DNA of 64,000 nucleotides, taken from NCBI RefSeq assembly GCF_052425735.1, contig NC_135761.1, positions 32,984,001-33,048,000 on the forward strand, given 5' to 3'. Positions 24,472 through 36,558 of this stretch are shown here, piece after piece (the stretch's first letter is position 1; the number at the start of each line of letters is the position of its first letter). This stretch comes from Oculina patagonica (Eukaryota). Made by a program: the position numbers and the translations under genes. The notes below the pieces were generated by a model. That model was given only the letters and a program-made list of their open reading frames with translations. It was not told where the DNA came from and did not search any database.

Positions 24472-25329
24472 ACAGTCAACTCTTTAGCATGGACACTACC
24501 AGGAACATCTCCAACTGTCCATCTAAGGGAGGTGTCTGTCATAACAAGTGTATTTAAGGTGGTGAGACTGTTCACATCAACAGCTATTTTGCCTGAAGAA
24601 AAATGAAGGAATTTAAGCTCTAAATATCTTTTTCTAGTCTTTTGCAGCCTGAGCACATTCATGAAGGCATAAAAAATTGCAAACTTGTTTATAAATGAAC
24701 ATTGAATTCTCTTCCGCAGGTATGACTCATGCCAGCTGTGAATGTATTATTCTTGCGGTGCTGAAAAAGAACACTGTCAAAGATGTTTCGTTGGTGAAAG
24801 ATCTTGTCCCATTGAAGAAGAACTTTATGCTCTCACTGCTAAGAAGCCAAGACAAGAACACTCTCATCAGAGCCATTGCTAATTCCTTTTATGAGCAGGG
24901 ATATATTTCAATCATAGCAGGGGTTAATTTGGAAAATCTCACAAGAGAGGACATTACTGTTGTTAAGTCCATTTAACAGTGCACTTTAACATGTTATTTG
25001 TTGTTGATTACATAAAAGAGGTGTTACATATAAGAGGTGTTCCTGAGGAATAGACATGAAAGTCATAGATAAATGACTCTTAATGTCCACTTTTTTGGCA
25101 ATTGATGATTTTCAGTTTGTCGCCCAAATTTTGTTTCTTTGCTTCTTGTCTTTCTTGTCAAAACCGTTTAAATCTAAAAGGCCGTCTTGCTTCACTCTTT
25201 CTACTATCATATCTACTGGTCAGCAAACTTGAAACAAAAGTTTGCAGATGATGGAGCAACCATGTAAAAGAGTAGGCTGGCCACTATACTTGCTGAATTA
25301 AAAATTGAGTTGTTAAAAGGGAAGCATTA

Positions 25330-25626
25330 AGCCAAGTGGCCTATACGTGCTGGCGCTTATCACAGTTTTTTCTTGCATTAAGTGGCTAACAATATTACTA
25401 CTCCCCTCTGAATGGCGATGATAGTCCATCGAAGGGTACTCCCCAGCATTTTGTCAGTGGTACGCATTTATACACCTGGGTTAAGAGAGGAACTACGGTT
25501 AAGAGAGGAACTACGAGAGTAAAGTGTACTGCCTAAGAACACAACATAATGAACTCAGGGAGGCCTCAAATATGGACCACTCACTCTGGAGTGTGGCTCA
25601 CTAACCATTAGGCCATCGTGCCTCCC
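25330..25626 (-). mobile_element. tRNA-headed CORE (MIR-like) SINE
   Basis: Minus strand GGAGGCACGATGGCCTAATGGTTAG (A box), then GTTGTGTTCTTAGGCAGTACACTTTACTCTC...CCCAGGTGTATAAATG core. Confidence 0.75.
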
Positions 25627-26828
25627 CTTGTTATTACTTCTTTCATTTCATTTATCTAGAATTTGGCAATTATCTTGTCGGGATCACCGAACAACATAAG
25701 TATATTTATCTTTTTCTTGTGTAAAATCATTGAACTTTGTTATTGACAAAAATAATTCAAGAGCTTCATAAATATTTCTTTGAAGTGCAGCAAGTAACTA
25801 ATACAGATGGTATTTATATTATGGATGATAGTACAATAGTTTTGGAGTTTGTTTTGTTTAAATTTATACATGATGTATACCTTTTTATTTGCAGGAGATG
25901 AAGGTAAATGGTAAGTGTGTTATTGATGTTACAAAGATAGCTTTTTTCACAAGTGTCACAAGAAACTATTACTATTGTTGTGTTAGTCACTGATATTATT
26001 ATTTGTTTGTTTATTTATTTATTTATTTATTTTAAATTTTTCCCTTTTGATACCTTGATTGTTTCTGGAAGATGAGAACAACGAACAAAAGGGTGGTAAG
26101 TCTATCGTTGATGTTACTGTAATAAGTTTTGATTTTTTGTTTTCAGCTTAAGTGTTATTATACATAGTGTGATTTGTGATCTCTTCACATGTAAAAGATG
26201 ACACTGTTGAGCCACAAAAAGCTAAAGTTATTTTTATAGCGATGTCATTCCAAGTTAATTGGCATCAAATATTATACTGACGTAGACAGCTCTGATAAAC
26301 ATTTATTAGAGAGTCATGATTTACAAAACCAGAGGATCAGATCACAATTAACAGATTCGTGAAGCTCTGATCACCCTTTTTCATGATGATATATACTTTC
26401 CAGGAAAGTGAAAGCAGCAGTTGAAGAGATATCTGTAGCAACAATAGAAAGAGGCCAATTTTTATTAAACATTTTTTCTTGAAGAGTTTTTCTTGAATTT
26501 AAAGCAATAGAGCTTTGATTTCAATTCTTTAAGATACAAAAGTATAACACTACTTCATTGACATTATCTTTTTTTCCTGAAGAGAAATTTGTTTGTTATC
26601 TACAACTAATACAGGTTACTTTCTAATCTCTTGTTACTTACAATCGTGTTAAGGGAGAAGCAAGCAACTGATAGTAAAGATCCAAGATTGCAAGACCAAC
26701 TGCCGCCATTGCGGAGTCATAAATAAACTGCGGAGAAACAAGCGGCAGCCCGAGCCTAAAGTAAAGATCCAAGGTAGGTTGACTCAGTTCTTGCTTCAAT
26801 GGAATTGATAATAAGAGTCTTCTTTGTG

Positions 26829-26947
26829 ATGTAATGTATATGAAATGATTCATATATGAACTGCGGATGTATATGAGAGTGATAAATGATCGTCGCAGTG
26901 AATTTCCAATTTAAGCAATTGGAAAAAAGAAGCCTGAAAAAAATTCA

Positions 26948-26981
<34 letters not shown>

Positions 26982-27010
26982 GTTACCGGTGCGAGCATCG
27001 CACCGGTAAC

Positions 27011-27044
<34 letters not shown>

Positions 27045-27118
27045 TGAATTTTTTTCAGGCTTCTTTTTTCCAATTGCTTAAATTGGAAATTCACTGCGAC
27101 GATCATTTATCACTCTCA
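26829..27118. mobile_element. tRNA-derived inverted-repeat retroposon with perfect 121-bp arms
   Basis: Arms 26874-26994 and 26998-27118 with a GCA loop; B box GGTTCGAATCC in each arm; 13-bp direct repeat AGTCTTCTTTGTG at 26816-26828 and 29285-29297. Confidence 0.85.
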
Positions 27119-27122
27119 GTCT

Positions 27123-28999
27123 ATTATTCTAATATATCCAGTTGTGTCACAAACAATGGTTTTTCGACGCCATTGTTCAATGTTGAAAGAGGTGTTAGAC
27201 AAGGAGACCCGTTGTCACCGTATCTGTTCATCATAGTGTTGGAACTACTATTAATTAAAATAAGAAGTGATCCTCGTATTAAAGGAATTAAAATTGGTAA
27301 TATAGAGGTAAAACTTGCAGCCTTTGCTGATGACTTGACAACATTTGTACACAACAAAGCCTCCATAGAACATTTGTTCAGTACACTGGGACTATTCGAA
27401 AAATGTTCAGGCTTGAAATTAAACAAAGACAAAACGGAGGCCTACTGGCTCGGGAGTAGCCATAATTGTAAACAAAACTTGGGTATAGAAACTGTTAATG
27501 AACCAATGAAGATTCTGGGAATTTATTTTACGTATAATTCTCGCCTAAAACATGAACTTAATTTTGAAGCAATACTTAAATCTTTAAAGAAAACCTTGAA
27601 TGGTTGGCAATGGCGAAATCTAACTGTGTTCGGCAAGATTCAAATCATTAAAACATTCGCAATGCCAAAACTCATGTACCGTGCTTCCGTATTAAATCTA
27701 GACAAAGATTTTTTGAAAAAGGTTAATTCTGTGATGTTTAATTTTTTATGGAACAGAAAAGATAAAATCAAACGCTTAGCTCTGATCAGCGATTATAAAG
27801 ATGGCGGTCTGAAAATGCCTCACGTGGAGTCTGCAATCAAAACTCAGAGAATCATTTGCCTAAAGAAGTATACTGAGAACTATCATAGCCCTTGGAAACT
27901 TATTCTATCAAGGATTCTCAAAGATCACGGCGAGAAATTCCTTCTTCATTGTAATTACAATGGTGCTGATCTACCTAAACACCTTCCTAAATTTTATCGC
28001 GAGTGTTTTGAGACCTGGGCGACAGTCAATACTAAAGAAATGTCCTCCCGAGACGTCATCATGGATCAAATACTATGGAACAATCAATTTCTGCGTATTG
28101 GGGGTAAACCTCAATTTTGCAAAAAATCATATATGGCTGGAATTGTAAAGATAAAAGATATCCTTCTCCCGAACGGCAAATTAAAAACTTGGAATTTCTT
28201 TAGAGAAAAAGGGCTGAATTTTAACAATTATTTCTTAATCCTTGGTCTGTCAAAAGCACTTCCAGACGCATGGAGAGTCTTGATAAACTCGAAAAATCCA
28301 CAACCCCCTGATGCGCAAGAGCAGAGCACCACCACAAGTTTGGATTTAACTCAGTTTGTGCTCAATTGTAATAATGAAGAAATTAAGCTCAGTGAACTCA
28401 CGAGCAAAAGACTGTACTGGATTCTGATAGGGAACATACATGTCCATCCTACTGCAAGATTAAAATACAACTCTTTATTTGATGATCAAAATCTTGACTG
28501 GAATCAAATTTATTTAACGCCACAAAAAGTGACTTTAGACATTAAAACAAGAATGTTTCAATTTAAAATTCTTAATCGTATAATATATACTAACAAATTG
28601 TTGAATAAAATGAGGCTAATAGATACCTCGTTATGTACGTTTTGTGGAGAGTACGAAGAATCTCTCGAGCATTTGTTTTTACACTGCAAATTTACCATAG
28701 ATTTCTGGACGCATACTACTAACTGGTTAAATAAATTAAATATTACCATTTCTAGGCTAAATGACAGCGAAATTCTGCTAGGTATTACAAAAGAAAGTCC
28801 TCATTGGACTCTTCTCAATCATATTCTCATTGCTGGTAAGCAAGTAATCCACGCTAATCGGCTCAGGAAAACAAAACCACTCCTACCTCAGTTAATAGCT
28901 AAACTTAAATATATTGAACACATTGAATATTGTATCGCTAAGAAAAGGGACAGGCTTAATTTTCACCTACAGAAATGGGAAATACTTAAGTTTTCTTGA
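27123..28999 (+). CDS. LINE ORF2 C-terminal part: RT plus zf-RVT
   Basis: RGVRQGDPLSPYLF, AFADD, SGLKLNKDKT, DGGL, CTFCGEYEESLEHLFLHC; no stops over about 625 codons. Confidence 0.92.
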
Positions 29000-29247
29000 G
29001 AAATTATTGTATCTTTAAATAAGTCCTTTTATTTAATCTTCATAAATAGTGCATAATTAGTGTCAAATAGAAGTAGCTTAGCAATCAATCAAAACTTTTG
29101 TTAAATAGGAGTAGCGCTTTACGTTAGCGACAATAGTATTGTTTTTTTTTTTTTTTCATGTTTGTAGTGTATGCAATGTTAGAATCGTCTTTGTAAGTAA
29201 TTGTCAGTAATGTATTGTAATGTAGTGTGTATGAATCAGTAAGAGCA

Positions 29248-29279
<32 letters not shown>
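27123..29279 (+). mobile_element. L1/Tx1-clade LINE, 5'-truncated and recent
   Basis: Uninterrupted ORF2 tail, 3' UTR, AATAAA and about 30 A; TSD (A)CTCTCAGTCT at 27113-27122 and 29280-29289. Confidence 0.92.
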
Positions 29280-29284
<5 letters not shown>

Positions 29285-30146
29285 AGTCTTCTTTGTGTCG
29301 TTTCATTAGCTCCTTTTCAGTGTTGAGTGCACGGCAGCTACCTTTGACTTTCATATTTTGATGTCCTAAACAAACAAGACAAATTGAATGTACCCGACAA
29401 AATGCCACTAGCATTATGTTTTTAATTTCTCATACGTTTTTCTATAATTTTTCCCGCAAACAGCGTCAATCATGCGGAAAAAAATACAGACAAATGTTTG
29501 GGGAAATTAAAAACGAAACTGAACGCTTTCTAGCCCAGCTAAATCCTTCAAACTCGGCGAATAAAAACTTTTGCCTAGTACATGTATCTTAACTTTACAA
29601 TTGATAAGTTGTCCAGAATTCAATTTTTGCAAAATATATTTGCCATTGGATTCCCATACAAACACTGTAATTTCTACCCGCTTTGCCTACTCGTCAAAAT
29701 GGCGTTGAAAACCGTGATAAGGCCTATTCAAAATGGCATACTCGTGTTTCTTTTTGATGCAAATGTAAAATTTTGATTTTTGTATTCCTCTTTTCTTTCA
29801 GATTGCAAGACCAACTGTGGCCATTGCGGAGTCATAAATAAACTACGCAATGGCGGCCTTGCCGCTTTGGTGTAAAAAAAAAAAACTTAAAATAATAACA
29901 TAAATAAATAAATTAATTAATTAAATATAAATAATAAGATAAATAAATTAATTACATAAATAAAACCAGTAAATAAAATTGTGTTTTAATTCAATCATCT
30001 GTTCTTTGTATATACTTATCAATTTTCATAGTGTACAATTCTACTTCTTGACACATTTACAATGAAGATGTTATCTACCAGTGTTATCGTTCACGGGAGT
30101 AGAACAAATTTTCCAACGAAGACTTCTCCTTTCATATAGTCATATA

Positions 30147-30356
30147 CCTTATTGTTCCTTTTTTTTGCGGGACTTAATTTTCACAATTTTCGCCATTTCC
30201 AAAAAAAATACCCGCAAAAATTTGTTTCAAAAGTTTTCTATTGTATTTTTTATGTTAATTTCGTATTTTTGGCCAAATTGCGAAAAAAAGTCCCGCGAAA
30301 AATGCCCCTTCTATTTTCATGAAATTAAGTTCCCGCAAAAATAAGTAACAATAAGG
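30147..30356. mobile_element. MITE with TA TSD
   Basis: TIR CCTTATTGTT..TTTTTGCGGGA ... TCCCGCAAAAATAAGTAACAATAAGG. Confidence 0.75.
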
Positions 30357-30877
30357 TACTCCCATGTATAGTCAGATACTCCCATGTCTTGTGACAAGTT
30401 TTCTCTCTCTGTTACACAATTTACATTGCATTGCAGTTGAGTGTTTGACGACATTTTCATGGTAAAATAATTGCCACGTGCGTAAAACAAAAAGTAAAGT
30501 TTTTTCTTTCATCAATCATAAGAAAAGTTAATTAATTATGAATGTCGTTCCTAGCTTCTGTCTCTCCCCGATATAGTCGTTTTGTATTTTAAATTACTGT
30601 CAAGTAAAATTCGATTAATCCTTTGCATTGGCTTATTGACTTGAACGTTAACAAAACAAAATAAAACTTCCGATATAGCTTATTCGAGAAAGGTCAGAAA
30701 ATAGCACAGAAGTGCATGCAACAAGACCGAAAAGTGGTCTGGGTATGCACTTTAATTATGGATATTGGCCTAGAGAAAATGTACAAGTTTGTATTTTTGC
30801 ACGTGATGATTTTGTTTTAACACTCAGAAGGCCTTTTTTCTGTAGCATATACCGAATGACGTAAGGGAATTTTTCTT

Positions 30878-31130
30878 TTTAGCGGAGCTCCTTAGCGGCC
30901 TGTAAGGGCCGCAGAGCGGAGCACCATACCCATAAAAAAAACACATGAAAAAAAAAAACACATGAAATAAAATAGGAAACCTTGCATCCGAGTTTTCATG
31001 GTCATCATGGCTAGCGGCATGCCTCGCGGGCGCGTACGGCGGCGTACGTACGGTTTTGCGCACATCCGGGATCTTGAAAGGTCTTGACAACTCGCGCAGT
31101 ACTGGCGCGGAATAATTTTGCAGTGTGAGG
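30878..31130. repeat. GC-rich hairpin-ended interspersed repeat (Helitron/Helentron-like)
   Basis: agcggagctcc...agcggcc..ggccgc..gcggagcacc hairpin next to a T-run. Confidence 0.35.
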
Positions 31131-31919
31131 TCTCTTGGCAAAGAAATTTTCAAAATTACTACGTATTTTTAAATCCTATTCAGCTAGTCTGAAAGTTAGA
31201 ACTTGAGACAAACATATTTATTTTGGCTCCTTGTTATGCCGATGACTACAAACGAGAGCAGGGTAAACTTAACTTCGAGGAAACAGGGTTTAAGCGATTT
31301 GCGACGGGAAAGAGATCGCGAGAGATCCAGAAAACCCGGACAGAAAGCAGGCGAAAAAGTATAGCAAAGCGCCTGTCGAACCTGGTAGCAAAGTAGCGAA
31401 GAAAAGCGACTAAAATAGCAAGAGAGGTGCCGAGAAAACAGGCAAAGAAATAGCGGGGAACAAGGGAACGGAGATAAAACGAGCAGACGAGTGTACCTAC
31501 TGCGGCCAACTGGTGAAGGTGAGTACAAAACTGCAGTGTTTCCGTCATTTAATATCTCTACGTTTTGTCTTAAGCTTACTTTATACGCAAAGTAAGCTTA
31601 TATTTACGGCACATTTTACTTGCTTTCGCCACTAAGCATTTGCTTGTGACATGAACAATGTTGAAAAATACTATTCGTTAAAATTCAGTTTTACCAGGTT
31701 TTACTGATCAAATAGGAGGATTTGATTATGTAAACAAATAATTGTTGGGCCTTCGAGGAACGAATTCACAAAGAATATCACTTCAACACATCTCGAAGAA
31801 AATTAAGCTTACGATTTTTAAATGCTTGTGATATGATTATTTTGTTTTACAGTGCTGGAAGAGCAGCTGAGATGAGAATGAAAGTGATGTCAGTTTGCAC
31901 GAAGCACCTGGAATTTCGC

Positions 31920-33352
31920 CAGGCGTAGTCAATCGATAAACCGATAATCGATAACAATCAATAGCAATCGATATCAATCGAAGATTAATATCGATTTCCG
32001 ATACCACTCGATAGGAATCGATAAAGAAAAAAAGTTGTGAGTTCGATTGACATCGAAAATCGATAAGGATTGGTTTTTCGATTATTATTGATTGTTATCG
32101 ATTTTTATCGGAAGTTATTTATGTCAATTCCTACATGTTAAACATGGACACAATATTGTTTTACGGGTCTATTGAGTCCTTCAATCGTGGATATGTAATG
32201 CAAATATTGCTAAGCTTGTACTATAAAAAGAACAAGAACAATATTGATCTCCAGCGCGATTCAATATTAGAAGAAGTTGCGACCAAAGTAGCGGTGCGCA
32301 ACCCTCTAGTCTCGCTATAACAACTTCATGAATACATTGTATGAAGCAAAAAGATGGAATCGTTCGGGAGGGCTACAATGTCCGTGCATATATAGGATCG
32401 AGTTGAACTTTCACCAACGCAAGAACGTCATATTATGGAGATGCAATCGACAGCGCTCTGAGCGCTACCTGGGTTGAATAGACTAGTTAAAATATTTTAA
32501 AACCCCCAAACCACGAGAATCTTGATGAACATTCTGCCTGGACCCCAGACTGGACTTCGGCAGGACTAGATGCTGAATTTTACCATGTTGAACGCCGATC
32601 TCGTATTGTTTTACTAAATAGTAACGCCATCTTTAGAATATGTTTCAAACGAATACACCTCCAGATCAGGGCATGTACTAAAACCCGAAACAACGAAACG
32701 AAACCACCGAAACGAAACCACCGAAACGAGCGAAACCACCGAAACGACCGAAACGAAACCGCCGAAACAACCGTAACGGCCGAAACGAGCGAAACGAAAC
32801 GAAATCACCGAAACAAGCAAAACCCATTACGATTATTGAGAGCTAACCGTAAACAGGCTAACCAGAGTGCATAGTAGGCTAACCTAAATGAAAAATAGGC
32901 TAACCGGAGTGTGTAGTAGGCTAACAGGAGTGTATAGTAGGCTAACCGGAGTGTATAGTAGGCTAAACGGAGTGTATAGTACGGTAAGTGGCGAAAATCT
33001 TGAAGTTTTGCTTGTTTCGGTGATTTTGTTTCGTTTCGCTCGTTTCGGTTGTTTCGGCGGTTTCGTTTCGGTCGTTTTGGCTGTTTCGGTGGTTTCGTTT
33101 CGTTGTTTCGGGTTTTAGTACATGCCCCAGATCAGAGGCTCCTTGCGATTAGTGATTGTTATCGATTACTGTCAATTGCTATCGATTATTATCGATTTTC
33201 TCAATCGATAACAATCGATAATAATTTTTTTCTGTGAGTTCGATTGTTATCGATTACCGATTTCAATCGATATCAATCGGTGATTGATATCGATAGATAT
33301 CGATTGTATCGATTGATTTCCGATATCGATTTCTATCGATTGACTACGCCTG
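31920..33352. mobile_element. hAT-like non-autonomous element
   Basis: TIR CAGGCGTAGTCAATCGATA ... TATCGATTGACTACGCCTG, ATCGAT-rich subterminal repeats and an imperfect 8-bp TSD (aatttcgc/gatttcgt). Confidence 0.8.
32670..33126. mobile_element. Mutator-like foldback MITE nested in the hAT element
   Basis: Long TIRs GGCATGTACTAAAACCCGAAAC built of CGAAAC repeats; perfect 9-bp TSD CCAGATCAG (32661-32669, 33127-33135); central 21-bp tandem ggctaaccggagtgtatagta. Confidence 0.9.
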
Positions 33353-33967
33353 GATTTCGTTAACTCCGAGTGAAATAGATCGATTCAGTGTATGCAGTTT
33401 ATTGATATTCATGATGGAGGTAAAATTACTGTTCATTTAGTCAGAGTAAATAAACTTCAGCTTCATTACTTAGCTCTTTCGTTCCCAAATATATTAAATA
33501 ATCCACTTGTCATGTAGTTCTGTTCACTATTGAGCGTTCATGTGGATTACATAACAATGTCAACAATTTTGAGATTTTGAGGTCTGTTTTGCTGGTTTCA
33601 TTCAGAATGTCAACAGTAAATGTTATATTTGTCATAAAAAAATCACAATCTTGTTGTGGAATTTGGAAAATGCACACAACAAAGGTTAATGACTACTGGA
33701 AAACTGGAATCTTTGTGAGTAAATTCATGCCATTTTAGACACTGTATGCAGCTGTGCATGCAAACTTATTATTAATTAAATGTGTATCTTTAAAAATCTT
33801 AGTATTACTGTTAAGAGAAAAGCTTTTAAGATGTGGCAATGTTTTTCCTATGCATGTACATGTATATATAGGGGTAGAGGGGAGGGGGAGTATTTAAAGG
33901 CCAAACCTTTTAATTAAGAGGGGGTGTAAGGGTTTGCAGTGATGCTTTGAGTTTATTAAAATATTTA

Positions 33968-34471
33968 CAGTAGAACCCTGCTAACTCGAACTCTGAAGGG
34001 AAACGAAAATGAGTTCGAGTTAGCGGGGTTTTTCGAGTTAGCGGGGTTGATTGAATATTTTATTTGCCAAGTTAATAATTGATAGTTTACTGATTTTTAA
34101 GCACTTCAGTATACAGTACTGTGCAAATTGAACTTATCTTGCCAGAAACTCTAAAGCGACCACACATTCTTTTGTTAAGAGTGGAAAATGACTGTCAAAT
34201 ACATGATCTGTTCATTGCTAAAATCAATGGGCAACCGTTGCGAGTTGCAAGTTCCGGAATTCGAGTTATCAGGGTAAAAAGTTTGACCCAAATTTTGTTC
34301 AAGGGAAACAAAATTTAGCTCGAGTTAGCGGGGTTTTCGAGTTATCCGAGTTCGAGTTAACCGAGTAAAAATGACTGAAAAGTGGGGTCAAATCCAAGGG
34401 AAATGGAAGTGAGTTCGAGTTAGCAAGGTTGTTCGAGTTATCCGAGTTTGAGTTACCGGGGTTTTTTTCTG
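33968..34471. mobile_element. Tc1/pogo-type MITE
   Basis: TA-CAGTAGAACCC ... GGGGTTTTTTTCTG-TA and repeated TTCGAGTTAGC motifs; a related fragment lies at about 63212-63284. Confidence 0.75.
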
Positions 34472-36147
34472 TAGTTGACTTCGCAGTTATCAGTAAAAAA
34501 AAAATAGTCTGTGCTGATACATCTCTGTTAAATATATAAGGTATCCTTTCGCATCCAGTGGTTTTGCTTCACTTGATACAAGCTTGCGTTAAGTGTTTTG
34601 TTTTATAAATTATTGATATTCATGCCAATTAATCAATTTTAATTTAATCTGTGGCATTTGACTTTTTTCAGGGTTAACATGAGTTTCAGAATTTGCAGAG
34701 CCACAGACACAAAAACAGAATGTGGACAAAGACATCAAAAGAAAACAGGAAGGATTAAGATTATCCAGCTTGATGTTTGGGTGTCTTCATGATGCCATTT
34801 TCAAGAGACTAGTAAATTACATGTAAATTGAAATCAAGAAAAGCTGCAAATGAGCAAAGTTTATATTTTAAATGTTAACGTATTTACAGTGTACTTCAGA
34901 AAACAACTTCTTGATTGACCTGTCTCTTTCACATCTTTTTAGATGTAACAAGGGCATTATGAAGTGATCTTTTTAAGAATATGCAGCCAAAACAGTAACA
35001 GCAGAAATGAATGGGAGTTTAAAATTGCTATTTTCAATGTTTTGGCTGGTAAGAAACCACATGTGACCAAGCTAAAATCTCTTTGGCCGGTTAACATGAC
35101 CTGTAAGTGTCCAAATATTTTGAGCCCTCGACTACACAGGACTTACATGTAGTTGTCTAATTACTGTATATCATAAGATCTTTGGTTGACCTTGGGGGAG
35201 GTAGTGGAGTTAAAAAGCAATGTAATAATTTGAATTTGGATTGGTAATGCTGAAACTGGTGGTACTGTAATTCCAAAGTATAGACGTTAAAATCGTGATT
35301 GCAAGCAATATGCAATACCAATTTCATTCTTATGTGTTGTATGCTGCGTACAATTTATAAGAACAGCTATAATGTTAAAATTAGTGAAATATTCTAAAGC
35401 CAGATAAAACTTGCAGTATCCATTAGGTACCATGAAGCAACCAAATTGTGACTCATTTGCTTACTTTGTGAACTCCATGACGAATGGGCAACATGACTCC
35501 ACAAAAATGTGTACAATAAAGCATACAAATTTTTAAAAGAGCAGTCAAAGTATTGATGCTATATTTTTTTCTTGCATAGTTTTATACACAAGCAAACATG
35601 ATTCTATTTTTTCTGCGTAATCAAAGAACAAAACTGAGTTTGAGACTCACAAACAATATTCTATCTTCCCAGAATTTTTGTTTTTTTATTTCTGTGAGTG
35701 AAGTGAAACCCCTTAAGAGGAAGGGGACTGTAGTTAGCTTTCACTCCGGTTTGCTTGGCATTAGCTTATGGCAATATGCTGTAAACCCTTTGCTACATGT
35801 ATGACCTCTGCCATTTCCATTCAAAATTAAAATATAGGCAAATAGTGAAAATAAAAACAAATGAATGAATGAAAAAAAGAAAATTAACCATATTCTTAAT
35901 GTAGATGTATATTATTTCCTTTATACTCTAAATGTTAAGTGATTTGCTAATTTACCACGTGATATGCCTATCTACCCCAACATGCAGCCCTACTACCCCC
36001 TCCTTATCTACACGAAGGTTACATAATTACCCGTTTTGCAGCATAATTTCCCATCCAGACTTCTGGATCATAATGCTGTCGGTGGAATTAAAACGTTTTG
36101 ATTGATTTTGCTTGTTCTCGGCTTATTTGGTGTTGCTGTATACGGTA

Positions 36148-36558
36148 CAGTAAAAACCCGCGTGTAAGAACCTACTTTTTTAGAGTTTGGCAAAACAGGT
36201 TCTTGTATTATGGGGTACTTATTGACAGTTTAGGCTAAGTAGGTTCTTAATTAGGTTATTAATTTCTACAGAGTAGACATTGATGTTGATTATCAGAAAA
36301 TAGTATAAAATCTGGTCTGTTCTTCATTATAAATATTTGTTGATGTACCCATGTTGCCAAAAGTACAACAACATTAATTGATCATCAAAAACTGTTTTTT
36401 TAGTAAAAAAAATATAAATTAAATAGTTAAACCCCACTTATAAGAACCTGTTGGAATTTGTTTGGCTAAACAGGTTCTTATATTTTGGGGTATTAACAAA
36501 GCAAATTTTTGCCAGAAGGTTCTTAAATTCCTAGGTTCTTACACGCGGGTTTTTACTG
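36148..36558. mobile_element. Tc1/pogo-type MITE, copy 2
   Basis: Same TIR and internal sequence as 8288-8672, with TA TSD. Confidence 0.9.

Larger units (their letters stand above)
14394..24976 (+). pseudogene. Spliced SAM-domain gene interrupted by a Gypsy element; exons about 14394-14406, 14956-15170, 15415-15547, 16110-16307+24072-24256, 24720-24976
   Basis: SAM pattern DWSKERIKKW...FLTEEVTGETL...LGLRTLGKQERF. Intron phases are consistent, and removing the LTR element plus one TSD restores VMS-HMREQRR. A 5-bp duplication (gatta) near 15153 creates a stop. The first micro-exon has a weak donor. Confidence 0.75.

Noticed and set aside
26944-27045. Functional tRNA genes
   Set aside because: The 5' acceptor strand and A box are missing in both arms; this is a tRNA-derived repeat.
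27074-27122. N-terminal residues of the 641-aa ORF as a real start
   Set aside because: They are read from the palindrome arm upstream of the LINE truncation point.
32680-33120. CRISPR-like array
   Set aside because: No unique spacers and no cas genes; it is a eukaryotic MITE with TIRs and a 9-bp TSD.
32614-33237. ORFs 32614..32820, 32888..33118 and 33049..33237 as proteins
   Set aside because: They are translations of MITE repeats.
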